From an uncultured Acidobacteriota bacterium (GTDB taxonomy: Bacteria; Acidobacteriota; Thermoanaerobaculia; Multivoradales; SZUA-115): 64,000 bases of DNA. A program made the translations under genes and the position numbers. The notes under the pieces are model-generated. The model was given only the letters and a program-made list of their open reading frames with translations. It was not told where the DNA came from and did not search any database. The stretch lies in NCBI GenBank assembly GCA_963805975.1, contig CAWDVR010000004.1:512001-576000 (forward strand), in the 5' to 3' direction. Each line of letters opens with the position of its first letter. Positions within the stretch are counted from its first letter, which is position 1. Positions 40,435 to 51,258 of this stretch are shown here, piece after piece.

Positions 40435-41658
40435 ATGGACCACCTGCAGCTCCTCTCCCGCCTGGCGCAGCCGGCCGGGACCAAGCTCGTCCTGCTGATC
40501 CTGGACGGCGTCGGCGACATCCGTACCGAAGAGCAGCCAGAGACCGCGCTCGAGCAGGCGCACCTCCCCAACCTCGACGCGCTCGCGGCGCGTTCCGCCT
40601 TGGGCCGCATCGTGCCCGTGGCCACCGGCATCACGCCGGGAAGCGGCCCCGGGCACCTGGCGCTCTTCGGCTACGACCCTCTCTCCACCACAGCCGACAT
40701 CGGCCGCGGGGTGCTCGAGGCCCTGGGCTCGGGCCTGTTCCTCGGACCGGGCGAGGTCGCGGTGCGCGGCAACTTCGCCACCGCGGACGCCGCCGGGAAC
40801 CTCACCGACCGGCGCGCCGGTCGCATCCCCACCGCGGAGTGCGTTCGCCTGGTGGAGCGGATGCGGGAGGCGATCGCCGCCCGGCCGGTCCCCGGCCTCG
40901 ATGTCCTGATCGAGCCCGGTGAAGGGCACCGCTTCGTGCTCGTGCTCCGCGGGACCGGGCTCTCGGCCGAGGTCTCCGATACCGATCCGCAGCAGCTCGG
41001 GGTGCCGCCGCTCCCGCCGGAGCCGCTGGTGCCCGAGGCCGCCTCCACGGTCGAGCGGCTGCGCCAGGCCCTGCCGGTGCTCGAGGCGGCGATCGCCGGC
41101 GAGCCCAGGGCCAACCGGTTGCTGCTGCGCGGCTTCTCGGTCCTCCCTCACCTGCCGCAGATGAACGAGCTCTACCAGATGCGGCTGGGGGCGTTTGCCG
41201 GCTACCCGCTCTACCGCGGAGTGGCCGGCGCCTGCGGCATGGCGGTGGTGCCCTGCGGCAAGCGTATCGGCGAGATCCTGGACACGGTGGCCGAGCACTG
41301 GGACGGCTTCGATTTCTTCTTCCTGCACGTCAAGCAGACGGATCAGGCCGGCGAGGACGGTAACCTGGCGGCCAAGGTCGAGGTGCTGGAGGAGGTCGAC
41401 GCCGCCTTGCCGCGCCTCCTCGCCCTGGGGCCGGACGTCCTCGCGGTGACCGGCGACCATTCGACGCCGGCGCCGCTCAAAGCGCATAGCTGGCACCCGG
41501 TGCCGCTCCTCCTTTTTTCGGCCGTCTGCTTTCGCGACGACGTGAGCGACTTTTCGGAGCGGACCTGTGCCGCAGGCCACCTGGGCACCTTCCCTTCGCG
41601 CGAGCTGGTGGGCCTGATGCTGGCCAACGGGGGACGGCTCAAGAAGTTCGGCGCCTGA
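40435..41658 (+). CDS. apgM: 2,3-BPG-independent phosphoglycerate mutase (ApgM type)
   Basis: LDGVGD, TPGSGPGHLALFGYDP, DRRAGRI, TGDHSTP and HSWHPVP. Confidence 0.93.
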   Translation: MDHLQLLSRLAQPAGTKLVLLILDGVGDIRTEEQPETALEQAHLPNLDALAARSALGRIVPVATGITPGSGPGHLALFGYDPLSTTADIGRGVLEALGSGLFLGPGEVAVRGNFATADAAGNLTDRRAGRIPTAECVRLVERMREAIAARPVPGLDVLIEPGEGHRFVLVLRGTGLSAEVSDTDPQQLGVPPLPPEPLVPEAASTVERLRQALPVLEAAIAGEPRANRLLLRGFSVLPHLPQMNELYQMRLGAFAGYPLYRGVAGACGMAVVPCGKRIGEILDTVAEHWDGFDFFFLHVKQTDQAGEDGNLAAKVEVLEEVDAALPRLLALGPDVLAVTGDHSTPAPLKAHSWHPVPLLLFSAVCFRDDVSDFSERTCAAGHLGTFPSRELVGLMLANGGRLKKFGA

Positions 41659-41717
41659 GGCTTGGTATCATTGACTTCCTGGACCGTCTTGGCCCCCTGG
41701 AGGGCTTCTTGGCAGAA

Positions 41718-42269
41718 ATGAGTGAGGCTACGGAGAAGAAGCTGTCTCTCGATCTCGACGGCACCGTCCTGGAGCTGGTCGAGGGGGACATCAGCGACCT
41801 CGACATCGAGGCCGTGGTCAACCCTGCCAACGAGTCGCTGAAGCTCGGCACGGGGGTGGCCGGGGCGATCAAGAAGCGCGGCGGCCCCTCCATCCAGGAA
41901 GAGTGCGACCGCATCGGCGGCACGCCGGTCGGCACCGCGGTGATGACCGGCGCCGGCAAGCTCAAGGCCAAGCGGGTGATCCACGCCGTGGGCCCGCGCA
42001 TAGGAGACGGCGACGAGGATCGGAAGCTCGCCGCGGCGGTGCGCGCCTCCCTGGCCCTCGCGGACCGCAACGGTCTGCGCTCGATCGCCCTGCCGGCGAT
42101 CTCCGCGGGCAACTTCGGTTTCCCCATCGACCGCGCCGCCCGCATCATGCTGACCGAGATCCACCGTTACCTCCAGGGCGGCACCAAGCTCGAGCGGGTC
42201 GTGGTCTGCCTGTGGGGCGACGAGGCTTTCGACACCTTCCGCCGCGAGCTGCGGCGGGGGTTCCGTTGA
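41718..42269 (+). CDS. Macro domain protein (ADP-ribose binding/hydrolase)
   Basis: GDI...AVVNPAN..L..G.GVAGAI, VIHAVGP and PAISAGNFGFP. Confidence 0.95.
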   Translation: MSEATEKKLSLDLDGTVLELVEGDISDLDIEAVVNPANESLKLGTGVAGAIKKRGGPSIQEECDRIGGTPVGTAVMTGAGKLKAKRVIHAVGPRIGDGDEDRKLAAAVRASLALADRNGLRSIALPAISAGNFGFPIDRAARIMLTEIHRYLQGGTKLERVVVCLWGDEAFDTFRRELRRGFR

Positions 42270-42288
42270 AGCTCTCCGGGCCCGGCTC

Positions 42289-44211
42289 ATGCTCCGCGAG
42301 CTGAAGGGCGATCTCGCCGGCCGCCTCGCGGCCCGCATCCGGGACCTCTACGGCCTGGAGCAGCAGGCGTCGCTCGAGGTGCCCCCGCGGCGTGACCTGG
42401 GCGACCTCTCTTTTCCCGGCGCCCTGCAGCTCGCCCGTGCGCTCAAGAAGAACCCGCGGGCCATCGCCACGGAGCTGGCCGCTGGGCTCGAGCTGCCGCC
42501 GGCGGTGGCCGAGCTCAAGGTCGAGGGCGCCGGCTACCTCAATTTCTACCTGCACCGTGGCCCGGCCATCGCGCGCCTGCTGACCGACGAGGTGGTCGCC
42601 CCGGCGCCGCGTGGCGGCAAGGTCGTGGTCGAGCACACCAACATCAACCCCAACAAGGCGGCGCACATCGGCCACCTGCGAAACGCCGTGCTCGGTGACG
42701 TGCTGGTGCGCTGCCTCTCCGCGCTCGGCTATCCCGTCGAGACCCAGAACTACGTCGACGACACCGGCGTGCAGCTCGCCGACGTGGTGGTGGGCTTCAT
42801 GGATCTGCGGGGCCTGGGCGCCGCCGCGGTCGAGGTCCTGCCCGAGCCCTTCGACTTCTACTGCTGGGACCTCTACGGCGAGGTCGGCCGCTGGTACGAG
42901 GAGGACCCCGGCCGTCGCGGTCTCCGGCAGGCCACCCTCCACGGCCTCGAGTCCGGCCAGGGCGAGCGGGCCGAGCTCGGCCGCCTGGTGGCACGCCGGG
43001 TGCTCTCCCGTCACCTCGCCACCATGCGCCGGTTGGGCATCGGCTACGACCTCTTGACGCGGGAGAGCGAGGTCCTGGCACGCCAGTTCTTCACCCGCGC
43101 CTTCGAGCTGCTGCAAGCCTCCGGCGCGGTGCGGCTCGAGGCAGAGGGCAAGAACCAGGGCTGCTGGGTGATGCCGCTCGCCGGCAGCGAGGAGTTCGCC
43201 GGCCTCGAGGACCCGGACAAGGTGATCGTGCGCTCGGACGGCACGGTGACCTACGTGGGCAAGGACATCGCCTACCAGCTCTGGAAGTTCGGCCTCCTGG
43301 GCCGCGACTTCAACTATCAGTTCTGGGACGAGGAGCAGGTCTGGGAGACCGCCGCGGACGGCGCCGCAGACCACCCGACCTTCGGCGGCGCCAGCCGGGT
43401 GATCAACGTCATCGACGCGCGGCAGAGCTATCTCCAGAAGATCGTCCGCGCCGGCCTCGAGTCCCTGGGCCACGAGACGCAGGCGGCGGCCTCCGTGCAC
43501 TTCGCCTACGAGATGGTGGCGCTCTCGCCGGCCACCGCCCGCCAGCTCGGCTTCGCGAGCGAGGAAGAAGGCGAGGCCGGCAAGACGCTCGAGATGTCCG
43601 GCAGGAAGGGCATCGGCGTCAAGGCCGACGACCTCCTCGACCAGTTGATCGCCAAGAGCCGTGAGGAGATTGCCCAGCGCAACCGCGAGCTCGGCGAGGA
43701 GGAGCTGGCGGACCTCGCGCGCCAGATCGCCACCGCCGCGATGCGCTTCTTCATGGTCAAGGCCACCACCACGCGCATCATCGCCTTCGACTTCGACGAG
43801 GCCCTGGCTTTCGAGGGCGAGACCGGGCCGTACCTCCAGTACTCCTCGGTGCGGGTGCGCAACATCAAGCGCAAGCTCGGCGAGGCGGGCCTCGCCTCGC
43901 GGGTGACGGCAGCCGAGGCCGCGGTCTTGCCGGCCGCCTGCTGGCAAGACGACCTCTGGGACCTGGCGCTCGGCGTGGCGCAGTCGGCCGAGGTGGTGGA
44001 GCGGGCGGCCGACACGCTCGAGCTATCCGCCGTGGCCCGCCATGCCCTGGATCTCGCCCAGCGCTTCAACGCGGTCTACCACCGCCATCCGATCCTGCAA
44101 GAAGAAGACGCCGAGATCCGCACCGCCCGCCTGGCCGCGGTCGAGGTCTTCGCGCGCGGCTTGCAGGCGCTGACCGGCCTTCTCGGCGTGCCGCTCCCAG
44201 AGCGGATGTAG
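42289..44211 (+). CDS. argS: Arginine--tRNA ligase
   Basis: EHTNINPNKAAHIGHLRN, MSGRKG, FEGETGPYLQY and C-terminal ERM. Confidence 0.97.
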   Translation: MLRELKGDLAGRLAARIRDLYGLEQQASLEVPPRRDLGDLSFPGALQLARALKKNPRAIATELAAGLELPPAVAELKVEGAGYLNFYLHRGPAIARLLTDEVVAPAPRGGKVVVEHTNINPNKAAHIGHLRNAVLGDVLVRCLSALGYPVETQNYVDDTGVQLADVVVGFMDLRGLGAAAVEVLPEPFDFYCWDLYGEVGRWYEEDPGRRGLRQATLHGLESGQGERAELGRLVARRVLSRHLATMRRLGIGYDLLTRESEVLARQFFTRAFELLQASGAVRLEAEGKNQGCWVMPLAGSEEFAGLEDPDKVIVRSDGTVTYVGKDIAYQLWKFGLLGRDFNYQFWDEEQVWETAADGAADHPTFGGASRVINVIDARQSYLQKIVRAGLESLGHETQAAASVHFAYEMVALSPATARQLGFASEEEGEAGKTLEMSGRKGIGVKADDLLDQLIAKSREEIAQRNRELGEEELADLARQIATAAMRFFMVKATTTRIIAFDFDEALAFEGETGPYLQYSSVRVRNIKRKLGEAGLASRVTAAEAAVLPAACWQDDLWDLALGVAQSAEVVERAADTLELSAVARHALDLAQRFNAVYHRHPILQEEDAEIRTARLAAVEVFARGLQALTGLLGVPLPERM

Positions 44212-44220
44212 AGTCCGCGC

Positions 44221-44751
44221 GTGGATGTTCCGCGCGTGACGAGCACCATCGCCCGCTTCTTCGAGCAGCGAGAGATCCCTTTCGCCGTGATCGGCGGCCT
44301 GGCGCTCCATGCCTACGGTCTGCCGCGTGCCACCTTCGATGCGGACTTTGCTGCCGACGCAGCCAGCCAGGTTGCGTTGATCGCGTTCCTGGAAGCCCTG
44401 GGTTACAGGACCCTTCATCAGTCAGCCGGCTACTCCAACCATCTGCATGAAGATTCCGCCTGGGGCCGGGTCGACATGGTCTATGTCCGAGACGCGACCA
44501 GCCGGCGGCTCTTCTCCGAGGTTCGCCACCTGGAGCTGCTTCCCGGATTGACCGCGCCGGTGCCTCGCCCCGAGCACCTGATCGCGATGAAGGTCCAGGC
44601 CATGGCCAATGACCCGGAGCGGGCCTTGCAGGACCTCGCCGACATCCGGCACCTGGCCGCGGTGCCGGGCGTGGACCAGGCCCAGGTGCGAGAGGCCTTC
44701 GCGAAACGGGGTCTCGAGGAGCGGTACGATGAGCTACGACCCAAAGGCTGA
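44221..44751 (+). CDS. Nucleotidyltransferase (AbiEii/MNT-like)
   Basis: FAVIGGLAL..YG..RATFDAD and PEHLIAMK...R..QDLADI. Confidence 0.8.
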   Translation: MDVPRVTSTIARFFEQREIPFAVIGGLALHAYGLPRATFDADFAADAASQVALIAFLEALGYRTLHQSAGYSNHLHEDSAWGRVDMVYVRDATSRRLFSEVRHLELLPGLTAPVPRPEHLIAMKVQAMANDPERALQDLADIRHLAAVPGVDQAQVREAFAKRGLEERYDELRPKG

Positions 44752-44932
44752 GGCGCTCGATCTCGAGCGCGACCTGCCAACGACCCCCGAGGACGTCGCT
44801 GCTCTCCGGGCGGTCCGCCGGCTTCCGGTCTCGGCCGCTGCGTACGAGCAGTTCCTGAGATCGCTGGGCGATCTTCCCTACGAGGTGCTGCTGGCGCGGC
44901 GCGGCCCGCACGGGGAGCCGTTCGACCTCTAA
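44729..44932 (+). CDS. Small hypothetical protein coupled to the nucleotidyltransferase
   Basis: ATG 44729 overlapping the NTase 3' end; MSYDPKAEALDLERDLPTTPEDVAALR... Confidence 0.6.
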   Translation: MSYDPKAEALDLERDLPTTPEDVAALRAVRRLPVSAAAYEQFLRSLGDLPYEVLLARRGPHGEPFDL

Positions 44933-46203
44933 GCGCCGGGTTTCTTCTCGAACCTCGCCAGCCCGAAGAACGGGTCCACGGCACGGTCGCCGAGCACGGT
45001 GGCTGCCACCCTCTCGCCCCAGGCGGGGGCGAACTTGAAGCCGTGGCCGGAGCCGCCGCCCACCAGCCAGCAGTTTTCCGCCCGCGGGTGGCGGTCGAGG
45101 ATGAAATGCGAGTCCGGCGAGCTCTCGTACTGGCAGACGCGGGTTTCGAGGAGCGGCGCCGCGGCGAGGGCGGGAAAGCGCCGGGCGAGGAGGTCGCGCG
45201 CCAGCCGGAGCGCCTCCGCCGAGGCCACGCGCTCGCCGGCGGTGGGGTCGAAGGCCTCGCCGCGGGTGTCGTCCGCTACCTTGAAGCCGCGGTGCTCGTT
45301 GCCGGGGATGCCGTAGAACAGCCGCTCGCCAACCTCGATCCAGATCGGGAACGACCCCTCCTCGAAGCGCCGGTCGCCGGCCGGCGAGCCGAAGTAGAAG
45401 ACCTCCTGTCGCGTGGGACGCACCCGCTCGCCCACGACGTCGGGGAAGAGCCGGCCGAGCCAGGGACCGCAGCAGAAGACGTAGGCGTCGGCTCCGAGCC
45501 GTGAGCCGTCGCCCAGCTCGATCCCTTCCATGCCGCCGCCATTCGCACGGCCGGGCCTCACCTCGGCCTGGCGGTACTCGCCACCCGCGGCTACCAGCGC
45601 CTCGACCGCGCCGGCGCAGGCGCGGCGGGCGAGCAAGTACCCGGCCTTGGGCTCGTAGAGCGCCCAGCCGATGCCCTCGAAGCGGATCTGCGGGAAGCGG
45701 CGCGCCGCTTCCGCCGTCGAAAGCTCCTCGAAGGGAAACCCCAGCTCCTGGAGGTGCGGCCGCGCGGCGCGTACGAACTCGGCCGGGCCGCTCGCCATCC
45801 AGAGGGCGCCGGTCGGATGGTACAGGCGGCGCTGCCACCGCTCCTCGAGCTCCTGCCAGAGGGTCAGGGCCTGGGCGGCCAGCTCGACGTACACCCGGTC
45901 GCCGTAGACGCCGCGGATCACCCGCGTCTCGCCGCCGGAGCTCGACCGCGAGTTGCCCGGCCCCCAGGCGTCGACCAGGGTGACCCGCGCGCCCCGGCGC
46001 GCGAGCGCCAGCGCCGTGAAGCTGCCGAAGGCGCCGGCCCCCACCACGACCACGTGACGGCGCGGAGCGTGGGGCGTTTCGTCGTCGTCGGCCGTCTCCC
46101 TGGCAGCCGGCGAAGCCCCACTCCTGCTGGCCACCGCGGCAGGCACCGCTGCGAGCGTGGTCAGGAAGGCACGGCGCGAGAAGCCCAGCTTGTGTATTCC
46201 CAT
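44929..46203 (-). CDS. FAD-dependent oxidoreductase (monomeric sarcosine oxidase-like) with Tat signal
   Basis: SRRAFL twin-Arg motif; VVGAGAFG, SSGGETRVIR and GGSGHGFKF. Confidence 0.9.
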   Translation of the reverse strand: MGIHKLGFSRRAFLTTLAAVPAAVASRSGASPAARETADDDETPHAPRRHVVVVGAGAFGSFTALALARRGARVTLVDAWGPGNSRSSSGGETRVIRGVYGDRVYVELAAQALTLWQELEERWQRRLYHPTGALWMASGPAEFVRAARPHLQELGFPFEELSTAEAARRFPQIRFEGIGWALYEPKAGYLLARRACAGAVEALVAAGGEYRQAEVRPGRANGGGMEGIELGDGSRLGADAYVFCCGPWLGRLFPDVVGERVRPTRQEVFYFGSPAGDRRFEEGSFPIWIEVGERLFYGIPGNEHRGFKVADDTRGEAFDPTAGERVASAEALRLARDLLARRFPALAAAPLLETRVCQYESSPDSHFILDRHPRAENCWLVGGGSGHGFKFAPAWGERVAATVLGDRAVDPFFGLARFEKKPGA

Positions 46204-46393
46204 CGTGCCCGCACCCAGGTTCTCGCTGCCCTCAGAACGACAGTCGTAGTCGTCGTTTGTCGTCCGTGTCCCCGCGAGGCCCGATAGAGTCTAGCTTCAA
46301 CTCGACTGCCGGACGGAGCCCGCGCGGAACATCCACCGCCGGGCCGCGTAAGGAAATGCAAAAGTCTCGCGGACGCCCGAGAGGAGAGTCCCC

Positions 46394-47122
46394 ATGCCTC
46401 AGCCCACGAAATCCACCTCCCCTTGGGTCTGGGTCGCCGCCGGCTGCGGCTGCGCCGTGCTGGTCGCGGTGCTGGCCGTCGGCGGCATGGGCTTTTTCGG
46501 CTATCGCTGGGCCAAGCAGGTCGAGAGCGAGATCAAGGACCCCGAGCAGCGCCGGGCCAAGGTGCTGGAGGTGCTCGGCGTCGAGCAGGTGCCCGCGGGC
46601 TACTTCCCGGTGATGGGAATCTCCATCCCCTTCATCATGGAGATGGCGATCCTCTCCGACCGCGAGCCCTCACCTGGCGACGCGGACACGGATCGCAACT
46701 CCTTCGACGAGCGCGGGCTCTTCTACATCGCGACCATCCAGAGCGGGCGGGACCGCCAGCGGATCCAGGACTACTTCGACGGCAAGACCAACGACCTCGA
46801 GGGCTTGCAGCAGGCGGGCCTCTCCTTCGGCCGCGGCGAAGTCGTGCGCCGGGGATCGCTCGCGCTGCCCGGCGCCGAAACGCGTTACCTCGCCGAGCGC
46901 GGCGAGGTCTCGAACCGCCACTCCTCCGGCAAGCGCAGCATCACCGCCCTCGCGCTGATCGACTGCGCCAAGGACTCCAGGATGCGGCTGGCGATCTGGT
47001 TCGGACCGGACCCGGCTCCCGATGCACCCGTGGAGAGCCTGGACCTCGCCGGCACGCCGGCCGACGAGGCGGCCCTCACCGCCTTCCTCGGCCAGTTCCG
47101 GCTCTGCGGGGCGGCTTCGTAG
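46394..47122 (+). CDS. Hypothetical membrane-anchored protein
   Basis: RBS GAGGAG; WVWVAAGCGCAVLV TM anchor. Confidence 0.8.
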   Translation: MPQPTKSTSPWVWVAAGCGCAVLVAVLAVGGMGFFGYRWAKQVESEIKDPEQRRAKVLEVLGVEQVPAGYFPVMGISIPFIMEMAILSDREPSPGDADTDRNSFDERGLFYIATIQSGRDRQRIQDYFDGKTNDLEGLQQAGLSFGRGEVVRRGSLALPGAETRYLAERGEVSNRHSSGKRSITALALIDCAKDSRMRLAIWFGPDPAPDAPVESLDLAGTPADEAALTAFLGQFRLCGAAS

Positions 47123-47297
47123 ACTTGACCACGAAACCGTCGCGAGCGGTCCACATGCAAGGAGACGGAGGACCCGGCAACCGGAGCATTCTGGTGCGCC
47201 GCACTGAGAAGTTGAGAGCTTCTCCAGCCTCGCCCTTCCCGACGCGAGGCTGGAGCTCGACACCCCCGGTCGTCATCCGGAGCTCTCCCGCCCCACC

Positions 47298-47424
47298 GTC
47301 ATCCTGAGCGTAGCGAAGGATCTGGGGGGTGGGAGCTGAGGTTCCAGCACGGCGATCGTCTCTCGGGTCAGAGCATCGGCGCGCCGCCCTTCCCCCCAGA
47401 TCCCTCGCTCTCGCTCGGGATGAC
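47298..47424. repeat. Inverted pair of REP-like elements (~32-bp arms)
   Basis: GTCATCCTGAGCGTAGCGAAGGATCTGGGGGG (47298-47329) and a near-perfect reverse complement at 47392-47424. Confidence 0.8.
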
Positions 47425-47597
47425 ATCGGGGGTGGGTGGTGAAATCGCCAACACTCGAGGCCTGGATACAGAATGGCACTAAATCAAGGCACGCTAAGGA
47501 GTTGATACCGCCAAGGCAGGAGTTCCCGGCACACAACGCGGCTTGCGCTTAACGAGCCCGCGGCACGATGTCGCGGCATGGAGAAGCAGTAGGTTCC

Positions 47598-48488
47598 TCA
47601 GTCGTCGCCGTAGTCGATCTCCATCCTCTGGATCCGCCAGCCGGAGAGCACCAGCGCCACGGCGGAGAGGAGGAGCAGGCCGAGGACGGCGAGCCACGCC
47701 GGGGTGGGGTCGGTGGGCAGCGCGAAGAGCCCCTCGGAGACCGGCACCGGTGACAGCGATTTCAGGTAGTGGGTCACGGAGAGCTTCTTCAAGACGGGCG
47801 GCAGCAGGAAGTTGAACCACTCCCAGAAGTAGATCAGGGCCGCCGGCAGGATCGGGTTCTTGAGATAGAGGCCGAGCAGCAGGAAGATGGCGCCGTAGCC
47901 CAGGCAGCCGAGCGCCGTGACGGTCACGTAGGCCAGCAGGTGCCCGAACCCCGGCCCGTCGAAGAAGTGCTGGCGGATCGCCTCGCCCCCGAAAGGCAGC
48001 CGGAACAGCAGGTAGGAGACCACCGTCGAGCCGCCGAAGAGCAGCACCGTGGCGAGCAGGCCGGAGAGGAACTTCCCGGCCACCAGCACGTGACGCCGCA
48101 CGGGCGAGAGCAGGTAGTAGTGGAGGCTCCGGTCCAGCACCTCGCCGCGGAACAGGTTGGTGAACACCCACACGCAGCCGAAGTAGGTCACCGTGCGCAA
48201 CAGCAGGCCCTGGTAGAAGCCGGCGTAGATCCCACCTGCCCATTGCACTGTCTCGAACGGCCGGCTGTGGTACAGCGTGGCGACGGCGAACACCGCGGCG
48301 CCGGCCAGCGGCAGCAGCGCCAGCAGATAGAGCAGCAGGGCGCGCCGGCCGAGGAAGCTCTTGCGCGCCTCGAGGCGCAGGATGCCTGCCACCTGGCGCC
48401 GCCACAGGGCCCAGGGCCTCGGCACGGAGGGGGGCCGCGGCGCGGCGGGGGGCTTGGCCGCGGCCGTGGTCGTGTCCGGGGTCGTCAT
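47598..48488 (-). CDS. ABC transporter permease (ABC-2 type)
   Basis: Multi-TM protein; [23 protein letters not shown]. Confidence 0.88.
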   Translation of the reverse strand: MTTPDTTTAAAKPPAAPRPPSVPRPWALWRRQVAGILRLEARKSFLGRRALLLYLLALLPLAGAAVFAVATLYHSRPFETVQWAGGIYAGFYQGLLLRTVTYFGCVWVFTNLFRGEVLDRSLHYYLLSPVRRHVLVAGKFLSGLLATVLLFGGSTVVSYLLFRLPFGGEAIRQHFFDGPGFGHLLAYVTVTALGCLGYGAIFLLLGLYLKNPILPAALIYFWEWFNFLLPPVLKKLSVTHYLKSLSPVPVSEGLFALPTDPTPAWLAVLGLLLLSAVALVLSGWRIQRMEIDYGDD

Positions 48489-49429
48489 GCGCGCCCTCCG
48501 TCGCCGCCGATCAGATAGTCGTACACCGCCTGCACGTCCTCGTCCTCCGGCCCCACCGCCTCGACCGTCAGGCCCTCCTCGAGCACCACGCGGTTGAGCA
48601 GCAGGTGGAAGCGGTCGGCGTCACGCGTGCGTGCGGAGAGGCCCTGCCCGTCGTCGTGGATCTTCACCTCCACCACCTCGGCCAGGCCGAACAGCCGCGC
48701 CGCCAGCACCTGCGGCCGGTCGCAGCGCACGAAGACCTGGACGGGGTGCTCGTGCATCTCGGTGCGCACGCCCTCGATCACGCCCTCGGCCACCACGTAG
48801 CCGCTGTTCAGGAGGATCACGCGGTCCGAGATCAAATCCACCTCGTGCAGGATGTGGCTCGAGATGATGACGTGCTGGCCCTGGGCGGCGAAGCTCTGGA
48901 AGAGGGCGATCACCTCGGCGCGGGCCATGGGGTCGAGGCCGTTCAAAGGCTCGTCGAGTACCAGCACGGAGGGCTTGTGGGCGAGGGCCTGGGCGAGCCG
49001 GATGCGCTGCCGCATGCCCTTGCTGTAGGCCGCGACCTTGCGGTGCGCGGCATCGGCGAGGTTGACGCGCTCGATCGCTTCTTCGGTGAGCGCCCGCGCC
49101 TCGGCGCTGAGGTAGCCGTGGACCTTCAGGAACGAGTAGATGAGCTGGTAGCCGGTCATGCCGCGCGGGAAGGAGTCGACCTGGGTCGCGTAGCCCACGC
49201 GGCGGAACATCTCCTCGGGATCGTCGGGCGTCAGGCCCAGCACGCTCACGCGGCCGTCGGTGGGCCGCAGGAGGCCGGTCATCAGGTTCATCAGCGTGCT
49301 CTTGCCCGCGCCGTTCGGCCCCACCAGGCCGGTGATGCCCGGCGCGATGGTGAGGTGCACCCGGTTGACGCCGAGCACGTCGCCGTAGAACTTGGAGACG
49401 TTGTCGAAGACGATGGCGCCCTCGTTCAT
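48485..49429 (-). CDS. ABC transporter ATP-binding protein
   Basis: [21 protein letters not shown] and SSH; ATG 49429. Confidence 0.93.
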   Translation of the reverse strand: MNEGAIVFDNVSKFYGDVLGVNRVHLTIAPGITGLVGPNGAGKSTLMNLMTGLLRPTDGRVSVLGLTPDDPEEMFRRVGYATQVDSFPRGMTGYQLIYSFLKVHGYLSAEARALTEEAIERVNLADAAHRKVAAYSKGMRQRIRLAQALAHKPSVLVLDEPLNGLDPMARAEVIALFQSFAAQGQHVIISSHILHEVDLISDRVILLNSGYVVAEGVIEGVRTEMHEHPVQVFVRCDRPQVLAARLFGLAEVVEVKIHDDGQGLSARTRDADRFHLLLNRVVLEEGLTVEAVGPEDEDVQAVYDYLIGGDGGRA

Positions 49430-50301
49430 CGCTCCACCTCGTAGGCGCGGACCCGGCGCGTGAGCACCGCGACCGAGGCGAGCGAGACCAGGGCGAAGAC
49501 CACCCAGGCCGTCACCGGCGAGGGATGCCCGTCGGGGAGCGGCAGGCCGAAGAGGCCCGCCCACACCGAGCGCAGCAGGGCCCCCACCTGGATCAGCGAG
49601 GCCCAGTCGGTCGAGAAGCTCAGGTTGAGCACCGCACCCATCGCCTGCAGCACGAAGGGCGCCGCGAAGAAGAAGAGCCGCGCCACCGGTTTCCACTTGA
49701 CGGTCGCCGACACGGCGAGCGAGGTGAGCGACAGCACCAGGATCCACAGGACGGAGGACATGAAGATCGAGCCGGCGAGCCAGTAGTGCTCCCAGAACCA
49801 GTCGAAGCCGGCGAGGAAGCTCTGGAAGGAGAAGAGCAGCAGGCCCGGCACCCAGGTGACGGCGGAGAGCAGCACCGCGAGCACCACCAGCTTGCCCAGC
49901 ACGTAGTCGCGGCGGGTGATGGGTCGCGCGAGATAGAGGGGCATGGCGTTGTTGCGCAGATCGGGCGAGATCAGGGCCGGGCCCACCACCATCGCCACGA
50001 AGAAGGCGAGGAAGCTCTGCGGCGCCATCACCCAGTTCCGGAAGAAGGCGGCGTCGATGCCCAGCAGAGCCTCGATCAGGGCCGCGGGCAGCTTCAGGAC
50101 GTTGATCGCCTCGGCGTTGTGGGCGAGGTAGATGCGGACGCTGCCGACCAGCGGCGCCACGAAGCTGAGCACGAAGAGGGCGAGGAAGAGCCGCGAGTTG
50201 AACAGGTCCCGGAGCGCGTAGCGGGGGATGACGAAGAGCCGCGAGCGCTCGGGCGTCAGCGCGCCGGCGTAGGAGCGGTAGGTACGTCCGTACACGGCCA
50301 C
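49426..50301 (-). CDS. ABC transporter permease
   Basis: Multi-TM protein; [28 protein letters not shown]; GTG 50301. Confidence 0.88.
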   Translation of the reverse strand: MAVYGRTYRSYAGALTPERSRLFVIPRYALRDLFNSRLFLALFVLSFVAPLVGSVRIYLAHNAEAINVLKLPAALIEALLGIDAAFFRNWVMAPQSFLAFFVAMVVGPALISPDLRNNAMPLYLARPITRRDYVLGKLVVLAVLLSAVTWVPGLLLFSFQSFLAGFDWFWEHYWLAGSIFMSSVLWILVLSLTSLAVSATVKWKPVARLFFFAAPFVLQAMGAVLNLSFSTDWASLIQVGALLRSVWAGLFGLPLPDGHPSPVTAWVVFALVSLASVAVLTRRVRAYEVER

Positions 50302-50303
50302 GA

Positions 50304-51227
50304 TCAGCTCTCCATGGCCTTCAGGAAAATGTCCTGCAGCGAGTCGCGCTTGTAGTCGAGGCGGCGGATCTGGATCTCCTTTTCGGCGGCGATCTGGAAC
50401 AGCTCGCGGATCTCGAGGCCCTGGGGCAGCACCATCTTGAGCCGCCGCTGGCCGGAGAGCGCCACTTCCGCGCCGGCGGCCTCGGCCGCGGCGGCGAAGG
50501 CGTCGCGGTCGCCGCCGCGGGTCTCGACCAGCAGGAACTTGCGGTTGGTGCGCCGCTCCTCCTCGAGGTTCGCGTAGGTGGCGATGCGGCCCGCCTTGAG
50601 CACCAGCACCTCGTCGCAGCACTCCTCCACGTCGCGCAGCAGGTGCGAGGAGAGGATGACGTGGGCCGTGCCGCTGTCGCGCACCTCACGGATCAGCTTC
50701 AACATTCGATTGCGGTGCGGCGGGTCGAGGCCGTTGGTGGGCTCGTCGAGCAGCAGGAGCTTCGGCCCGTGGACGATCGCCTGCGCGAACTTGGCGAGCT
50801 GCTTCATGCCGAAGGAGTAGGTCTCGAGCTTTCTGTAGCGGGCCTCGCCCAGGCCGACGTAGAAGAAGGCCTCGTGCGTGCGCTCCATGGCCTCGGCGGT
50901 GGGCAGGCCGGAGAGCTCGGCCATCATGCGCACGAAGCGCACGCCGGAGAGGCCGGCGATGAACGAGTCGCGCTCCGGCATGTAGCCGATCATCCGCCGC
51001 ACCTCGCGGCCATCGTCGGTGATGCTCTTGCCGAACACCCGCGCCGCGCCCGCGGACGGCGGATGGAAACCGAGCAGGGTGTGGAGCAGCGTGGTCTTGC
51101 CGGCGCCATTCGGCCCCAGGAGGCCGATCGCCCGGCCGCCCACCTTGGCGGTGAGCTGATCCAGGATCTGGCGCGAGCCGAAGCGGACAGAAAGCCCCTC
51201 GAGCTCCAGGACGGATGGTTGGGTCAT
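50304..51227 (-). CDS. ABC transporter ATP-binding protein
   Basis: [26 protein letters not shown] and SSH. Confidence 0.93.
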   Translation of the reverse strand: MTQPSVLELEGLSVRFGSRQILDQLTAKVGGRAIGLLGPNGAGKTTLLHTLLGFHPPSAGAARVFGKSITDDGREVRRMIGYMPERDSFIAGLSGVRFVRMMAELSGLPTAEAMERTHEAFFYVGLGEARYRKLETYSFGMKQLAKFAQAIVHGPKLLLLDEPTNGLDPPHRNRMLKLIREVRDSGTAHVILSSHLLRDVEECCDEVLVLKAGRIATYANLEEERRTNRKFLLVETRGGDRDAFAAAAEAAGAEVALSGQRRLKMVLPQGLEIRELFQIAAEKEIQIRRLDYKRDSLQDIFLKAMES

Positions 51228-51258
51228 GAGTGGAGAACGTCCCCCGCGCGGCCAGGTA

